From the NCBI GenBank assembly GCA_030141605.1, contig JAQGDQ010000120.1, forward strand, positions 124,001 to 188,000: a stretch of DNA of 64,000 nucleotides, in the 5' to 3' direction. A model generated the notes under the pieces. That model searched no databases. It had not been told where the DNA came from and worked only from the letters and a program-made list of their open reading frames with translations. The position numbers were made by a program, and so were the translations under genes. This DNA comes from Tubiluchus corallicola (taxonomy: Eukaryota > Animalia > Priapulida). Below are positions 1 through 14,600 of this stretch, in pieces (position 1 is the first letter of the stretch; each line of letters begins with the position of its first letter).

Positions 1-1236
1 AATGTAAATATTCAAACAGCAAAATTTAAACGGCACAGTGCAGCAGTAAATCGGTAGGCTCATTTTATTGATTACAAAAGTGACTATTGAAATTCACAAA
101 AAATTGGAGAATTGTGGTTTCCAAGTTAAAGAAACACAGTGCTATGTATGTCACAGGCCGACTGTGTATTTTGGTTTATTGTTAAATATTAATAAATATC
201 TTGCTGATTATGATTATGTTTTCAGTTTTAGGTGATTCTTCGTACATTTTTACGTGATAGTTTATTGCCACCGACTAACAGCCGTTTACTAGCATAACGA
301 TCCGAAACAAAATCTATTTACACACTATTTTGTTACACACAATAGAATAGAAAGTGCGTGTTTCCCATATTGCACGGATAACAATTTTGCAATGCCTTCT
401 CACTTCAAGCTCATCCGAATTCACACAATAATTATTATTACAGCCATTTTCTAGGAAAATTAAATGGCTGACAGTTGACACTGCAGCAAAAGGTTGGAAG
501 TCAATCAAGTTATCCTATTACATACTATTCCTAGAACAGATTCAAGAGAAACTTGACGAAATTAAGTACAGGTTGTTGTATAGGTAACACTACACCAACA
601 GAATAGTGAGGAGCAGACAAAATAGACATAATAATAGTTAAGAGCAGAATTAAGAATAGTGTTACAAAAACATTAAACTGATACTTCGTCCTTTCAACTT
701 AACTGATTTATTTGCAGCCCTTGAATTTGATGACAGCCAAAATTATTACAAGAACAAGACACAAGTTTACGAAATGCCTGAATTAATTACAATGAAGAAA
801 ATAAATTACTCATACTGCATATTACACATATGAGGCATCTACCACAAGACATGTTTCTGTGGGTCTGCACTGCTTCAGAAGTCTTCAGATATTTTCAAGT
901 GTCTGAAGTGGCCTACTACTTTCAAATGACTTCAGACGTATTCAAACTACATACTCAGACAGTACCTCCTTGTTGTTGACATAAACACTTGGCAAACCAA
1001 CAGGTAAGTCAACACCTTAAAGACGTTACTTGAAAACACTCTAATTTAATTATCACTTTGAAACCATATAAAGCTGCGTGAATTTGCATAAGCCTGTCTG
1101 AAAGTACAAGATCTGAAAACAGAGGTAGTCTAAACCTGCACAAAACTAAAGACTTCTGGATAAGTAAGCGCCATATGTGCCCATTTTTCTGTTTGCCAAA
1201 ATATGTTATTGCCTTCACTGATCTTGACTGAATCTG

Positions 1237-1343
1237 GGCCCGGTTTCACAAAGCCGTCAGTAAGTTAACGACGTCGTTATTACATTCACTTAACAATTAA
1301 TAGCGACGTCATTAAATTAGTGATGGCTTTGTGAAACTGGGCC
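1237..1343. mobile_element. Palindromic MITE, PIF/Harbinger-like (107 bp)
   Basis: Terminal inverted repeats GGCCCGGTTTCACAAAGCCGTCA.../...TGATGGCTTTGTGAAACTGGGCC, nearly the whole element is self-complementary; flanked by the 3-bp direct repeat CTG (1234-1236, 1344-1346). Confidence 0.8.
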
Positions 1344-1599
1344 CTGGTTTATTTTGTGGCTTTGAGTGCAGCAGATATTTGTAGAAAGCTTTATAATCAC
1401 CAAGATGGATAAAAAATCTTTACTGCAGTTATTTTTACTACAAAACATAACTGATGGCTGCAGGCTAGTGATCACAGGTAATTCCGAATGTCTGGGTCCC
1501 AGACTAAACAAAAGTTACTTGCCTACATTTTTCCTTCAATAGATTCAATAGGCTGAAGGCTTCTTGTGGAAGTTTTTCCATTAGCTGGCAATTCTTTTA

Positions 1600-1830
1600 A
1601 TAGAGAAAGACTTCTTCACATCAACACTGGAACACAATTTGTAGAGACTACTTTTGATTCGCCATATTGCTAGAGCTGCACTAACATTCGGCCTTTCACA
1701 ATAAGGTAGGAGTTTATTGAAGTGATCAGTCTCTTTGCTCTGTGTTGAACTCTACTTAACACATTAATGTCTTTACAAAATTTGGACTCCACACCACAAA
1801 ACTATATTTCCGAAGTTCCATACTTGTGAC
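1600..1830 (-). mobile_element. Degenerate CR1/L2-type LINE ORF2 C-terminal fragment
   Basis: Minus strand reads, with frameshifts, ..YSFVVWSP..KDINVLSRVQHRAKRLI, resembling the LEY-x-S-x-VWSP...KDI..LERVQRRATRLI motif downstream of CR1 reverse transcriptase. Boundaries approximate. Confidence 0.55.
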
Positions 1831-2648
1831 TTTAGACTAGCAGAATGTCACCAGTTTGACAGACTCACAGGTAAAACTTCTTTGAATAGTTCTAAATACT
1901 GAATTTGCTTGTTTGACTTAAGCAGTATTTGTTCTGCTAGCTTAACATCTTCAAAGCCTCAGCAAATTAAATTAAAGTAAATAATTTTAGGAAAGCAAAT
2001 TTTACGCTACCTGTCACAGCCTGATTTAAAGTGATTTTAGTATAACTGGTACAACATATAGGCCAACAATTTTATATTATACATCTAACACATTCATTAG
2101 ATTATGGGCTGACTTATTTCATATTTATTTAGAATTAATAACGATTTTATTCTTGCTTTAGCTTATTTAAACTAATTTTTAAATTTCTTATTTCCACATG
2201 ACAATGACAAAATGACAATACTTACTGGCAAATATTGATTAAATTTGCTTTAATACAAAATCTCTTATATCTGTTATGTCCTTGAACATGCACTTTGGAA
2301 AAGCATTTTACAAACTAACGATTTCATTACTAATTTACAAAGATAAAATTTTTATATCCCTCTTAAAGCTTTGTACTACAGACTTGAGTCTCACATGCCT
2401 TCCATGTTTATGGCCACCAAATGCAGTTGCATGTGTTATTAAGTTATTATTGAAAACAGGAAAACTCTGAATGAACCAGATATACAACAAATAAATAAAA
2501 TATATGACATATTAATATTGTTTAGTTATTGTTACATAGATTTTCACTGGCGTAAATGTGTGACGAAATCCAGCAACAACAGCAATACTGCAATGTTAAA
2601 ATAAAACAAAATTTATTTAAAACAGTCAGTCACACTAAATTTGAATCG

Positions 2649-5600
2649 TCATTCAATACTTTTAACCTTTTTCTGTTTTTCTTTTCTCTTGTTAATTCTT
2701 TTGCTTCTGACTTTCTGCTTTTCAGTTTTATTCTTGAACGTCTCCTCAGCATCAATGGGATGAATAATTGCACCTGCTGCTGTAACCACCGATGGGGCTG
2801 TGAGGTTGTTGAACGATGTCTCTGTATTCCATGTACGACCAATCGGTGCCCGGACGGTGTTTTCAAATTGATCAGAGTTGGCAAAAGGAAATGGTACTTC
2901 ATTAACCTAAAAAGCGAATAATAACTGCATAGGAGATGGATAAGCAGGAATTTTTTTACAAAAAATAATTTTGATTGAAAATGTTGAATGATAGTTCAAA
3001 CTGCTTAGTTGAATATTAAATGCTGTCTGTTAGAGCATTTCTTAGAAATCATACATGGTATCGTGAACATGTAAAACATTGACATTTATCACTACGTAAA
3101 AGGGCGGACCCTTAAATTATTAATTGACAAGGGTTAGTTAATTCTGTTAATACTCGTGTAACTATTTTTGCAAAGTATGCTAAATCCTTTACACAGAATT
3201 AAACTCTGCGTATAAACAAACTTTCAAATTTCAGGATCCCCTTTTCAATACTGTAAATTGTGCTAACACTCATATATTGTAAAACCCAAACCTTAGCATT
3301 GATAAGTTTTTGTTTTTAAGTAATTTGGCCCTCTACCAGACTGGTTCCAGCACTCAACAGCAGGACTATTGCTAAACTTGAACAGTAATGGTCTACCTCA
3401 GACCATTTTTAAAGCTGGTGTAATAAGATGATCGAGACTGAACCTGAGATCTTAGCCACATCTTGGTGTACATATTTTTATTCTACGAGAAAAGTTACCA
3501 AAAGTTTTATAGCAGATAAAAGTGCTCAAAGGCAGATTTTCTGGTAGTCTCCCATCCTTTACCAACCAGGCCCAGCACTGCCTAACTTACACAGCAAAGT
3601 AACTTTTGTGGTCACTCCCCTCACCCATTTAATGATTACTGTGATTCATTTCAACTTAACATCATTAAAATGACCAATATTCAAGCAAGATCAACTCGAA
3701 CTATTGGCTGAGGGACTCGCTGAACTTAACATTGTGGATTAGAAATGATGTCAATGCCGTCATCTTGAACTTGATATGATAGAACAAAAATCCGACTTGC
3801 TGATCAATGCGGAATTCATTTTCGTATTTTCCTGTAGAGATTTCATGATGATCTGTGCAGTTTGGAGCCTTACACCTTTTTCCAGAATGATTTTATTTGA
3901 TACAAGCATGTTCTCAAGATGGCAGATCAAAAATCTGACTCTGTCAGTCGATGCGAAGCTCATTCTAGTACATTCCTGTAAAGTTTCATGGCAATCCATT
4001 GTGAATTGGCAAAGCCTTGGGCTTTTTTCTGAGAAGTTTATGATGTTTATGCAAATTGGGGGAACTTTTCCCGAAAATTATGTCATTGTCGCCATTTCCA
4101 ACTTAAAATGGCAGATCGAAAATCCAACTCCATTAAGTGGCGTTTACCTGGCATCCGGAATGCATTATATACTATCCACCTGCGGAATCGCTGCAGAAAA
4201 AATAGAGCATAATGCGAGTCTGATAAACAGGTGTATTGAAAATAATATAAACTGATTTTTGCTATCCCGCATCCGCATAAGGCACGCGCATTCTGGATGT
4301 CAGGTAAACACCACTTTAGTCGATTAAAAACTAAATAAAATTTTTACATTCAATTAAAAGACTGTTCACAGCATGTAATTAAGCCTTGCCATTCATTTTA
4401 GTATATTCATCTACTTTAGTATATTCTTATAGTATATTCATGATAGTGAAGTTTCAAAATAGCCCATTGCAAATTCATGGAGCCTTATTGTTTTTTTCAA
4501 AAGGTCACCCCCAAACAGCAACAACATCCAGAATAGTAGCAATATGAGTCCAGTCCCTTGACCAAAAGTCAATCAAACATCAGAGAATATCAACCCAACA
4601 GGCTGGCAGTAGGATTAAACGATAAAAATTGATAATAAAATGACAAAATGATAAGAAAATTCCCAGAAAAAACATACCTTGTGCTTATGAATAGATGTAT
4701 TTTTTTGCTCACTGATAATAACGTGCTCCATTTGTTTATCCTTCCTTTCATTGCCTGGAGGTGCTTTGATGATAAACCGCCTAAAAAATAGACGCATATT
4801 AATCTATGCTCAGTAATAAAGTAATATTTGATGAATAAAATATCCCACGATTATAAAACAAGAAAAAAGAAAGAAACAGAAGAAGTTTAAAGCTATTTAA
4901 ACAGTACCTCACAAAATTGTTTATGCTCACCATACTTACTTTCGTTTCCGCTTGTTAGGTTTTATACCAGCACCACTCCATGAACCCCATCCAGGTAATG
5001 TCAAATCAATATCCTTTGGCTTCTCTTTTTCAACAATTTCTTTCTTCTCCTTGCCGAATTCTGCTACTACATCGTCATCCTCAAAAGCCTGTATGAAAAG
5101 AACGGCAAGGCTGAATTTCACACTGTTAACATGCTTTTAGCTGAGTGTGAAAATTTCATTTAGTTTTGAATTCAACTTTTAAAATCAAGTTAAAAATGCT
5201 ACACAATTAGGCTAATAGAGACTATACGAAAATGGCTGAAAACTAATTTTAACAGCCATTTTAAAGGAATAATTCTGTTAGGATACAAAAATACACATTC
5301 ATCAAAGATGATTTCAATGAAAAATAATAAACTTATCAAAACAAAAAAATGATTTCTATTCAACAACCGTCCCATTTAGGAAAAGCCATATTTATAAAAA
5401 AGCAAGTCTGTTTTATGAGCCCTGTAAATTGCAGCACTAATTTTTTAAGGCCAGTATTGCAGTAGCAGCACTTTTGTACAAAGACAGCAATCTGTATTAT
5501 ACTTGTACTAAAAATAGTAATTACTCTTTGAAATGTTTTTCTTCAAAAGCTCATGTAGTATGAAATAAGTACAGATAAACAGATTACCTGGCACATGTGC

Positions 5601-8600
5601 TCAGCTTATTTTTCAAATAAATTTTGCAAAATTCTCACTATCAATTTTCTTCTACTTGAAAAAACAATGAAAGCAAAACCAAATGTTAAATACACAAAAA
5701 AGAACAATGGTACTCACGTTTCTGTATTGACAAAATTAACAAGGAAATATGAGTTATAAAAAAATTATGGATTGAAACATTCAGCAAATTTAGCTTTCAA
5801 CAAAGTGAAACGTTTTGGCACCAGATTTCAACACCAAACTATATATAATCAGCAAATGTGAGTGTCCACAATACGTCTAATAAAAATATATCAGGCAAAT
5901 ACTGTCAGCCAATATAAAAGTTTTTGCTAAATGGCGCCACGGTTATTTTGCTCAGTCTCAGTGTCGGACTTTTGGCCACAAATAGGTTTATTTGTTCACT
6001 TACTTACTGCAGAGTTGATGAATACCGAGAAAAAACTAATCTTTCATCGTGTAGCATTAAACCGGAAAACACTGTAATTGAACACTCACGGTATGTTCTA
6101 CAATGGTACATTAAAAAGGGAGGCAACTCACACATTGAATCAAACATTACCAGAATTTATTTATAAAACAGTACAAAAAAGCATAACAAAACTTTTTAAA
6201 TTCTCTCTTTAGATTTTAAGCAATGTATTTCTGTGAACAGTAATTAGTAAAAACCGGAAATACTAAAATTAGCAAACACAAAAGAAATGCTCTTATGATG
6301 GTGAACAAAAATATAATACCGATTTTTGCAAATGAGTGTTAATAATGATTACAATTTGGCATTTATCGGGGAACAAGTGGGATGCCACTCTAGAAAGCCA
6401 GCAAATAAAAAATAAAAACACGGACAAGGAATTTGATTCAAAATGACTAAATCAACCAGCTGCTTAGGAAAAAACGTTGATTAAGCTGGAAAAACGAGGA
6501 GGGATCAACACTCACATTTCAACCTTTTTTCCAAGACACCCTTAAACAAAAACTTATGTACCTCAGCTATAGTCATTCTCTGGTCGTCTTCATCATCTCC
6601 TGAACCTGTCATCATATCAGGTTTCTCAGATTGTATAACCTAAAAAACCAACAAAGTCAAGTATCAGAAAAACTATCACAGTCTTTTATTAAGATTATTA
6701 AGATTTCATTGAGTTATTTATTATTCTTATTTATTCTCCGCAACTTTAGCACTTAATAACTCCTAAGGCTTGCAAGTTAGGGTTACCAAACTCACGGGGT
6801 TGGTATTAGGGGACAGCATGTTGACTGCTGACCACCGGTCAAGAGGGAAGGGCAGTGGGCGGTAGTCAGTTTTTCCTTTATGATTCAACTCTTCTTAAGT
6901 CTTTCGTTTTTTTCCAATTTTTTTTCCAAAAGTGTTTGTGTACTGTGGGCCAGGTGTGCCCCTGGGGATTTTAAAAAGCCGACAAGCTTTAAACGCTCGA
7001 GTAAGGGGTCAAAATGCAAAATTTGGGGTCCCTCAATTGGTGACCTTTTACATGCTGAGGACTAGGGACACAAAACTCACAGGGTACACTCTCGGGGCAA
7101 AGTAATCTACATATATATGTGATCGGAGTTGCCGGGTCAAAGGTCACGGAGCGGGCGAGTCCTCATTTATTTTTCTTTATGATCCATCTGCTACCACAGT
7201 TTTTGAGCTACGGCCACAATATTTGGTATGTTGCTAGGTGGTGTCATGGCCTTGCACATCGAAAAATATGGGACGTGCATGTGTAGCAGAATTTTAGGGG
7301 CCAAAAACTGAAAAATGGAGATCGGGAACAGAAATGCACCGAGTGTTGAGCAATGGTACCTTGTAGCATATCAAATGAAAGGTCTTGATGAGGCCGATCG
7401 AATGGCATAGGTTACAATGAGAATAGCTAATTCGCGACGCCGCTGGGGGGCAAAAAACGAAAAATGGTAGTCAGGGAACAGAAATGCATCGAGTGTCTAT
7501 GAATAGTGCAATGTAGCATATCAAATGAAAGGTCTTGATGAGGCGAATCGAATGATATAGATTACAGTGTGAATCGTTAACCTGTGACCCAGTTAGGGGC
7601 AAGATGAGGGTCGAGGAGACAAATGTCTTCCAGGGTCTACCAAAAGTAGGTTGTTGTATGTCAAATGAAAGGCCTCAATGAGGCAAACTGTATGATATAA
7701 GTTATACCAAGATTGTTGACCTTTGACCCGTGGGTGATGGGTTGAAGAGTTAAATGCTGAGGTTTTATTGTGAAATGCACTTTTCATGTATTCAAGAAAT
7801 TCAATAAAAGAAAATAAACACTTTCAAAAAAGGGCTGTCATCTCTGCATTTTAAGGCTGAATTTTACAACTATTGTTTACAAAATCTTCAGTTTCTGACC
7901 ACATCAGAAACATTGTCAACTAGTTTTATTTTTTTAGAGAAATATACACACTACAAATGCACAGTCGAAGTTGCCAAAAGTAATTAAAGCCCTGAGGCTG
8001 ACTTTTGCATCTTTGCAGCAGAATGCATCCACCTAGAACATCAAGCAAAAATCAACTACTTAGAAAAATGCTTTTCCTGAGTCAAGTCAACTATCTTTTT
8101 ACCTTAGTTTCTATGGTTACAAACTTATTTGGATCAATTGAGACATCTTCTGTATTGGTTGATTTACTTTCTGGAAGTTCTTTGCTTTCTCTGTAAATAC
8201 AGTAAAATCATAATTTAAATATAAAAAATTGCTTCTGCTACTTGTTATTGCTCTTTATAAAACAATAATGCAACTTGCAAAGGCAAGAATTTTTTCATAA
8301 TTTAATGTCATGGAATAAGAACAAATTCTAGAAGGGAAAGGAAACTCCGAAAAAATACGCTTACTTAAGTAAAGATGGAGTAAACAATATTTAAATTCAT
8401 CATTATCTTTATTGACCGCATAATTCAATTAAAAATCATAATGATATAGAACCATTAACTAGTGGACGTTTTTGGCTGTGTTAAAAACTGTGGTAAGATT
8501 CTGCTTTTGTGACAAATTTTGTTTAAAAAAATGTTTTTAGAAATAGTTAACATCAAATGTTGTGCTTGACATTAAAACCTTTAGTGAATTCGGAACTTGC

Positions 8601-11600
8601 GACTTTTTCACCAGTAGACCGTAACTCAAGGCAGTCGAAACTTGTCAGTTTTTCACCAGTTGTCTATAACTGAAGGCTGTGAAGGGCATAATGTTGCTTC
8701 CGTTGAATTCACCATGTTTGAGAACTCAGGAATTGTACTTCGTTTTAGTAAAATGAAAAGTATAATTTTTTTCATAGGTGACCAGTCACCAGTCTAATTA
8801 TTAACCAAGTCCTGTGTTGTTTTCTTCACAACCAAGCACACAACGTGACCACACAGGTATTTCCTTCCACAATTATCAGTGAGCTTCATAAAGTAGTAGA
8901 ATAATAGTTAATTTTAATTTCAATAGCAATTTAACATTAGGACATTAAAATCAATTTTAAGGAAAACGAAAATACAATTTTGTAGAAACTGACAGAAGTA
9001 TTTTGCATAATGTCCAAATAGTGGGAACCAAAAAGATACAAGAAAAAGTAGGGGGAAAAACTTTAAATGGATTTTGAATGTGCACTCGAACTGTTACATC
9101 ATGTGTATTTCAACAAATCACGGTTAGTTTATAACGGCAATAACAGTGTGGCAAACTGTGTGACGTCATTTGCTTTGTCTGACAATCACGTGAAATTTCC
9201 ACTAATTAGATAAGAATTTATCGATTGATGCTCATGCTTGTCTGGGTGTTTTCAGAAAAAACTTATATTTTCTTGTAGCCCAGCTCTTTATCTTTCTAAA
9301 GAGTAATAAAACTCTCTTAAACATTCCCATTACACGCTCATCGGATGCTTCTCGACGATGTTTCGCAAACATTTCAATACTGAAACCAGAAACTTTTACC
9401 TTTAACCTCTGATATTGAGGTCCAGCGTCCATCAAAATTAGCAAAACTTTTATAATTCATTTGGTCTCGTTGAGACCTTTCATTTGATACACTGTTACTC
9501 GAACCTGGAAGCATTGGTGTCCCCGACCCCTCGATTTTGGTGTTTGCCCCCTACCGAAAAATTTTTCCACTCGCAAATGGCTCATATTCGCCATGCACAA
9601 CAACTCAACACCAGCTAGCCACATACCAGAAATTGTGATCCTATCTCAAAAACTGTAGGAGGAGATCCAGCCTAACGAAAAAAACAAGAAGCACTGCCCA
9701 CTACACGACCCTTGACCCAATGCCTCATATTAACATAAATCCTCTACCTGGGGAGTGTGTCCTGTGAGTTTCGGGACTCTAGCCCTGTGCGTGTGTGAGT
9801 TATTAAAGAAACAAAACATCACAAATAATAAATAAATAAATAAATAAAAATAAAAACCAGGGGTAAATCAAGAAGATTCTGCTGTAAGCAGAATCTTAAT
9901 AAACAAAAACTCAAAAATGATTTATCAGTCCTTCCTCACGACACCAAGTTGCACATGTAAGGGTATCTTTGGCGTTATCAAAGACCATTTCAGCACTTCG
10001 TACTAGGGATGAGCATTCTCTACCAAAAAGCAAATTTGAATCAAATTGAATTTTTAACTTTTGAACTCGAATCAAGCCGAATTTGAAGATTTTGAATTAG
10101 AATCGAATACAAATTCAGTTTTAAAATTTTTCAAATAAATTTTCGAATCATTAATAAAAAGCAGTCTCACAAGGATCATGTACATCGCTTGATTTAGTTC
10201 TGCAGTAAAACACTAATAATCTGTTTAAAAACAATGCACAGAAGTTGCAGCTAAATTGTGTTGGTTGTGTATTATTTCAAACATTTTAATTGTAAAAAAC
10301 ATATTTAGTTGAAGTTTTGAATTACTGGAATCCACAATTTACTTAAACGTTCGATGCTCGTCCCTACTTTGTACTACTTTTACTGTTTAGAATCCATATT
10401 CTTACAGTGCGCAAAAATCAGTTCAGCTTTACAAAAAACAAGAAAATTCATTAGTAATAAAATTAATCCACATTTACATGAAAAATGGCATCCCACAGTT
10501 GGAGAAATAATGTTGAAGAGCTAATAATACTTGTAGTTAAATTACCTGGCATCAAAGTCTACAAATCGTTTATCTTTTTCAGACTTCTCCTCAACGTGCT
10601 CCTCTTCCTCATCATCATCATCAAAATCTTCTAAAGTTCGTTTGCGTTTGGTTGTTTCATATATCAAAGGACTCTCTTTTTCAACATCACTATAATTACG
10701 TGAATTGTTGCTTAACTTCTGAAAATACATGTTAATTAATACTTAAATATTTCCAGAAAACAAAATCATTTAGAGTTGTACACAGAAAAGGATTACAACT
10801 CAAAAATCAAAAACTGCCAAATGCGATGCTGAGTTAACAAAACGCACAAAATGTAAAGGAAAAAGGCACACTGAACAAAAATACTTGTAGACGAACACTA
10901 AATCAAAGTACAGACACAGACACATGTCCAAATTCACGTGCACACATGAACAATGAAAATTCCTGTTTAATACTGTGCATGCATGCATGCTGCTGGAGTG
11001 GTGGATACACATCTTGAGTAATAAAAAAAATTTATCACCTTATCTGCAAAATTAGGTAATGATTTTCCTTCCTTCCGTGTGTTATTGGATTCAACAATCT
11101 ACAAAAGAAAAACACATTTCCGTCTTGAAGATGAATACATATAGATTTATAAGAAGTGTTATACTGAGAATACCACCTGCTTTGCTGAAAAAAGTAAGAT
11201 GCCATTTAATGGATATGAGTATTAAATTAGTAGTAGGCAAAATATCTCGTTCAAACCATTATACAGAATGCTTCAGAATAGCAAAAAAGTCATTAGAAAG
11301 AAAGAAAAAATGCCTGTGGAAATCAATTTCCTGAACTAGGAATTGCAATATAGCTAAGAAGTAAAATGACTCACATTATTAAGAACAGGCAAAATGACAT
11401 CAGCCGCAGCAGGTAACATCCATGGATTGTCTTTATATTCTGCAAAAGGGTCAATATTTTTCTTCTCTTGTTGTTGAGGAATTTCATGAGATGGGCTGCC
11501 TTCCCCTTCACTGTCACTATTGGAGTAAACGACGGATTTCTGTGTCAGTTGGCGACTTTTTTCCAGTTGATCCAACAAAGCCTGCCTGCTCTGCAGAAAA

Positions 11601-14600
11601 CAAAGTAATAGTCAAAGCATAGCTAATAATATAAATTAAATACGAGGGTAAAAAAGAGCCACAAAGTTGTTGCCTCAAAGTATAGACGATTGAATAACCA
11701 TGATTAACATTACAGTTCCCTACCACTTAGATGTATAAATAAATCAACTTGGTTATTAAGCAACTTCAGGTTACGGTGAATACTGAACAGATAAATCCCG
11801 CAAAGTGAACATTTTGAAACAGCACATTCAAAGTAGACTTTTCCTATTTTGTATAATGACAAAAGAACGAAAGTGATAAAAGCATTCTACTCTCGCTATG
11901 TTAATGTGGGTTAGCATAAATGTTTTAAAAGGTACTTAAGATATGATAAAGATGACCTTAATAAACTACAGACAAATGAAAAAAGCCAATTAAAACAATC
12001 AGTGGCAAACATAATGCTGTGTGCAAACATAATGCAGTGCAATAAAAATAATAGGTTTCTACAATGTTATTTTTTTGTAATAAGAAAAACTATTGCGTGA
12101 CATCTTATGGCACATTCAGACGTAGAGACTCCTCTCGCAACTTCTCTCTGAGAGTAAAGTGGCAACATGTGAACAATTTGGCAACCTCTCTCGCAAATTG
12201 TGGCATGGCTCGGCAACTTCTCTCAAAGAGAAGTGCAACAAGTTGTAAGAGAAGTCTCTACATCTGAATGCACCATTACATTTTGCTTGTTTTTCTTTTG
12301 CTGTTTCTTCAGTGTTGTGTATTCTAGTAATTAATAAATATGTTGAAAATCAGTAAAAAAATCAGTGCTTAGTTACTTTTACAGCTTTTTCTTTTTTTCT
12401 TTAGCCTGAAGATAGTACACAGAAATGTACTGAAGTGTAGTGTCTAGAGGTGTTTGGGGGTCTGGACGGGATCGAGGTTTGGGATGCTTATTGAGCTCAA
12501 AGTCGATACTATTCAGGGGAACAAAAGTTCAGGATCAGGGATCCGACATTGAATCATACAATATAATTATCATAAAATGGAAATTTATAGCGAAATCCTG
12601 GGTGACAAAATGTCTAGATTATGAACAGGATCCTCCTGCACACACTTGCGTAATAGCAGTAAGTCCATTCCTTCATTGCATACTTCACTACACTAAATAA
12701 ATGCAAAGTAAATGTAATGGTAAGTAACCTTTTTTGCTATGTAGATGAAATAATTGTTAGAGGGAATAATTATGCATACAGATTAAGAAACATTAGCTGC
12801 TTAGAGGGATTTTAGATGGCACATTATATTTTACTAGTGGCAGTGAGACAAGAATCAAGCAAAATATTTTTTGCCAATCATTCTTTTATATATTTTTTGT
12901 AAACTGTTCTTTTATTATTAGCAATTTGCTAATCACAACCCACAGCATAAATTAGTTACACTCAGAGATGGCTGCACCTTTCTGCTATGTGCCACAAAAA
13001 GTTTGCATTTACTTTAAACTACTAACAACACGTTTTAAAAGATAACCTACAGTTGACAATTACGTTATTTTTATTTTTTATGTTACTTATTTCACAATCG
13101 TTATAATTATGTACATTAAAAGAATAAATTATAAAGCAATAAAAGCATGAATGTAGGGAAAGGCAAGAGATGATCTACTTACACATATTTGTTGTATACA
13201 AGCCATTCATCAAAACTTAAAAATTTCAATCTATTTTTGAAAAGTCTAGAATGCAGCTATGGTTAATACGATCATAATATTAAATACGTTGTCAAGAAAT
13301 TTAAGTGGTTTATATCTTGATAAATGGCTAATTTTCCTTGACAAGCCTCAAAAACCGAAATAAACGTTGCTGTCAAATATGTAAACTTTAAGCTCAGGAT
13401 CAGGATCATGGTGGGATGGGATCAGAGGCTCAGAAACTGAGTATTGGAGGAGACCGAAGGTTTGGGAGTAAGGTTCAGGATTTAAAAAAACTTCGGGATT
13501 GATATTCGGACATCGGGATCATGACGAGTAGTGTCTTTCAATTTTTTTAGTGCGGCCATTTTACACAGTGATTAACACGAAAACAAAAAAAATCTATGGT
13601 GTTAAAAAGATAATATTTAAATACAACTTCAAAGAAGTCATACACTGGGATCATGTTTTCCGAAATGCGCCTGTTGTTTTGCCCACTTGCCAGTTCCTCT
13701 ATGACGTAAGCTCATGCGTTCTTCGGCTCTGCTTTTTTCTAATTCTTTCAGTTCCTCATCTGCTTCACCTGCATCTTCTTCTTGCAACTTTTCAGCTCTT
13801 TTGTTTTCTTCCCTAATTCGAGCCTTTCGCATTATTCGGCGATACCTAAACATAATGCACCATAACCATATTATTCATTAAAGATGTCACTGTGAAAAAC
13901 AAATTAGCTGAATTTCTACAACTGTGCAGTAGATAATCAACAGAAAATCAGCACAAAATCAGCATGATTAGGTGACTGATGATAAAAAATGCTGTGTCAT
14001 TGAACTTGGATCAAAATACTAACTTTAAAGCAGAATGGCTAAGGCCAATTTTCACGCTCCTTATATTGACAAAAATTACACTGTTAACAGCCTTGGAATA
14101 CATGTTACGTACACTAATTGTAAATAAGTTAGTGAATCAGAAATAGTCAAGCCAGAGAGTAAATTAATGTAAAAAACTGAATTTTCTTACTTTTTACTTT
14201 TAATTTTTGCTTGTCTGCGTAATTTGGCCTCCTTGTACGAGAGCAGTGCCCTCATTTTCTGTAGCTCTTTTCGTCTCTCAGTTGCTTCTCGTAAGCTCAT
14301 GGCCATCAAAACCTTTTCTTCTGCAGGTGTTAATGTGCTCTCATCGGTCAATACGCTGTCACTGCCATGCAGCAATTTTGCCACTTCCAGTTCAAGTGGT
14401 GTCCGGGGTTTGAACCGAGAGACAAACTCTTGAGAAGATTTCACAACCATAGTTGGTTTCTCTAGAGGAAAGATAAGCTGCTCCGCCAGTCTGTTTTCCT
14501 GCACAATAGGATCCCATCTTTTCAAATGCTTGCTGGTTTGTTCATAAGCAAGCACTCTCTGCGTCCTCTCTGCTTGTTGCCTCGGCAAAGGGGTGTCGAG

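Noticed and set aside
2556-2921. ORF-track entries 2630-2902 (-) and 2556-2921 (+) as separate or dual-coding genes
   Set aside because: The conserved UTP14 C-terminus is in a different frame (2649-2906); these are shadow frames of a lysine-rich exon.
3760-4255. 159-aa ORF in the last UTP14 intron
   Set aside because: No recognisable domain, and it runs across a repeat and into a MITE boundary; likely chance.
7320-7700. Regularly spaced repeats resembling a CRISPR array
   Set aside because: Only 2-3 units, the intervening sequences are homologous to each other, the context is a eukaryotic intron and there are no cas genes.
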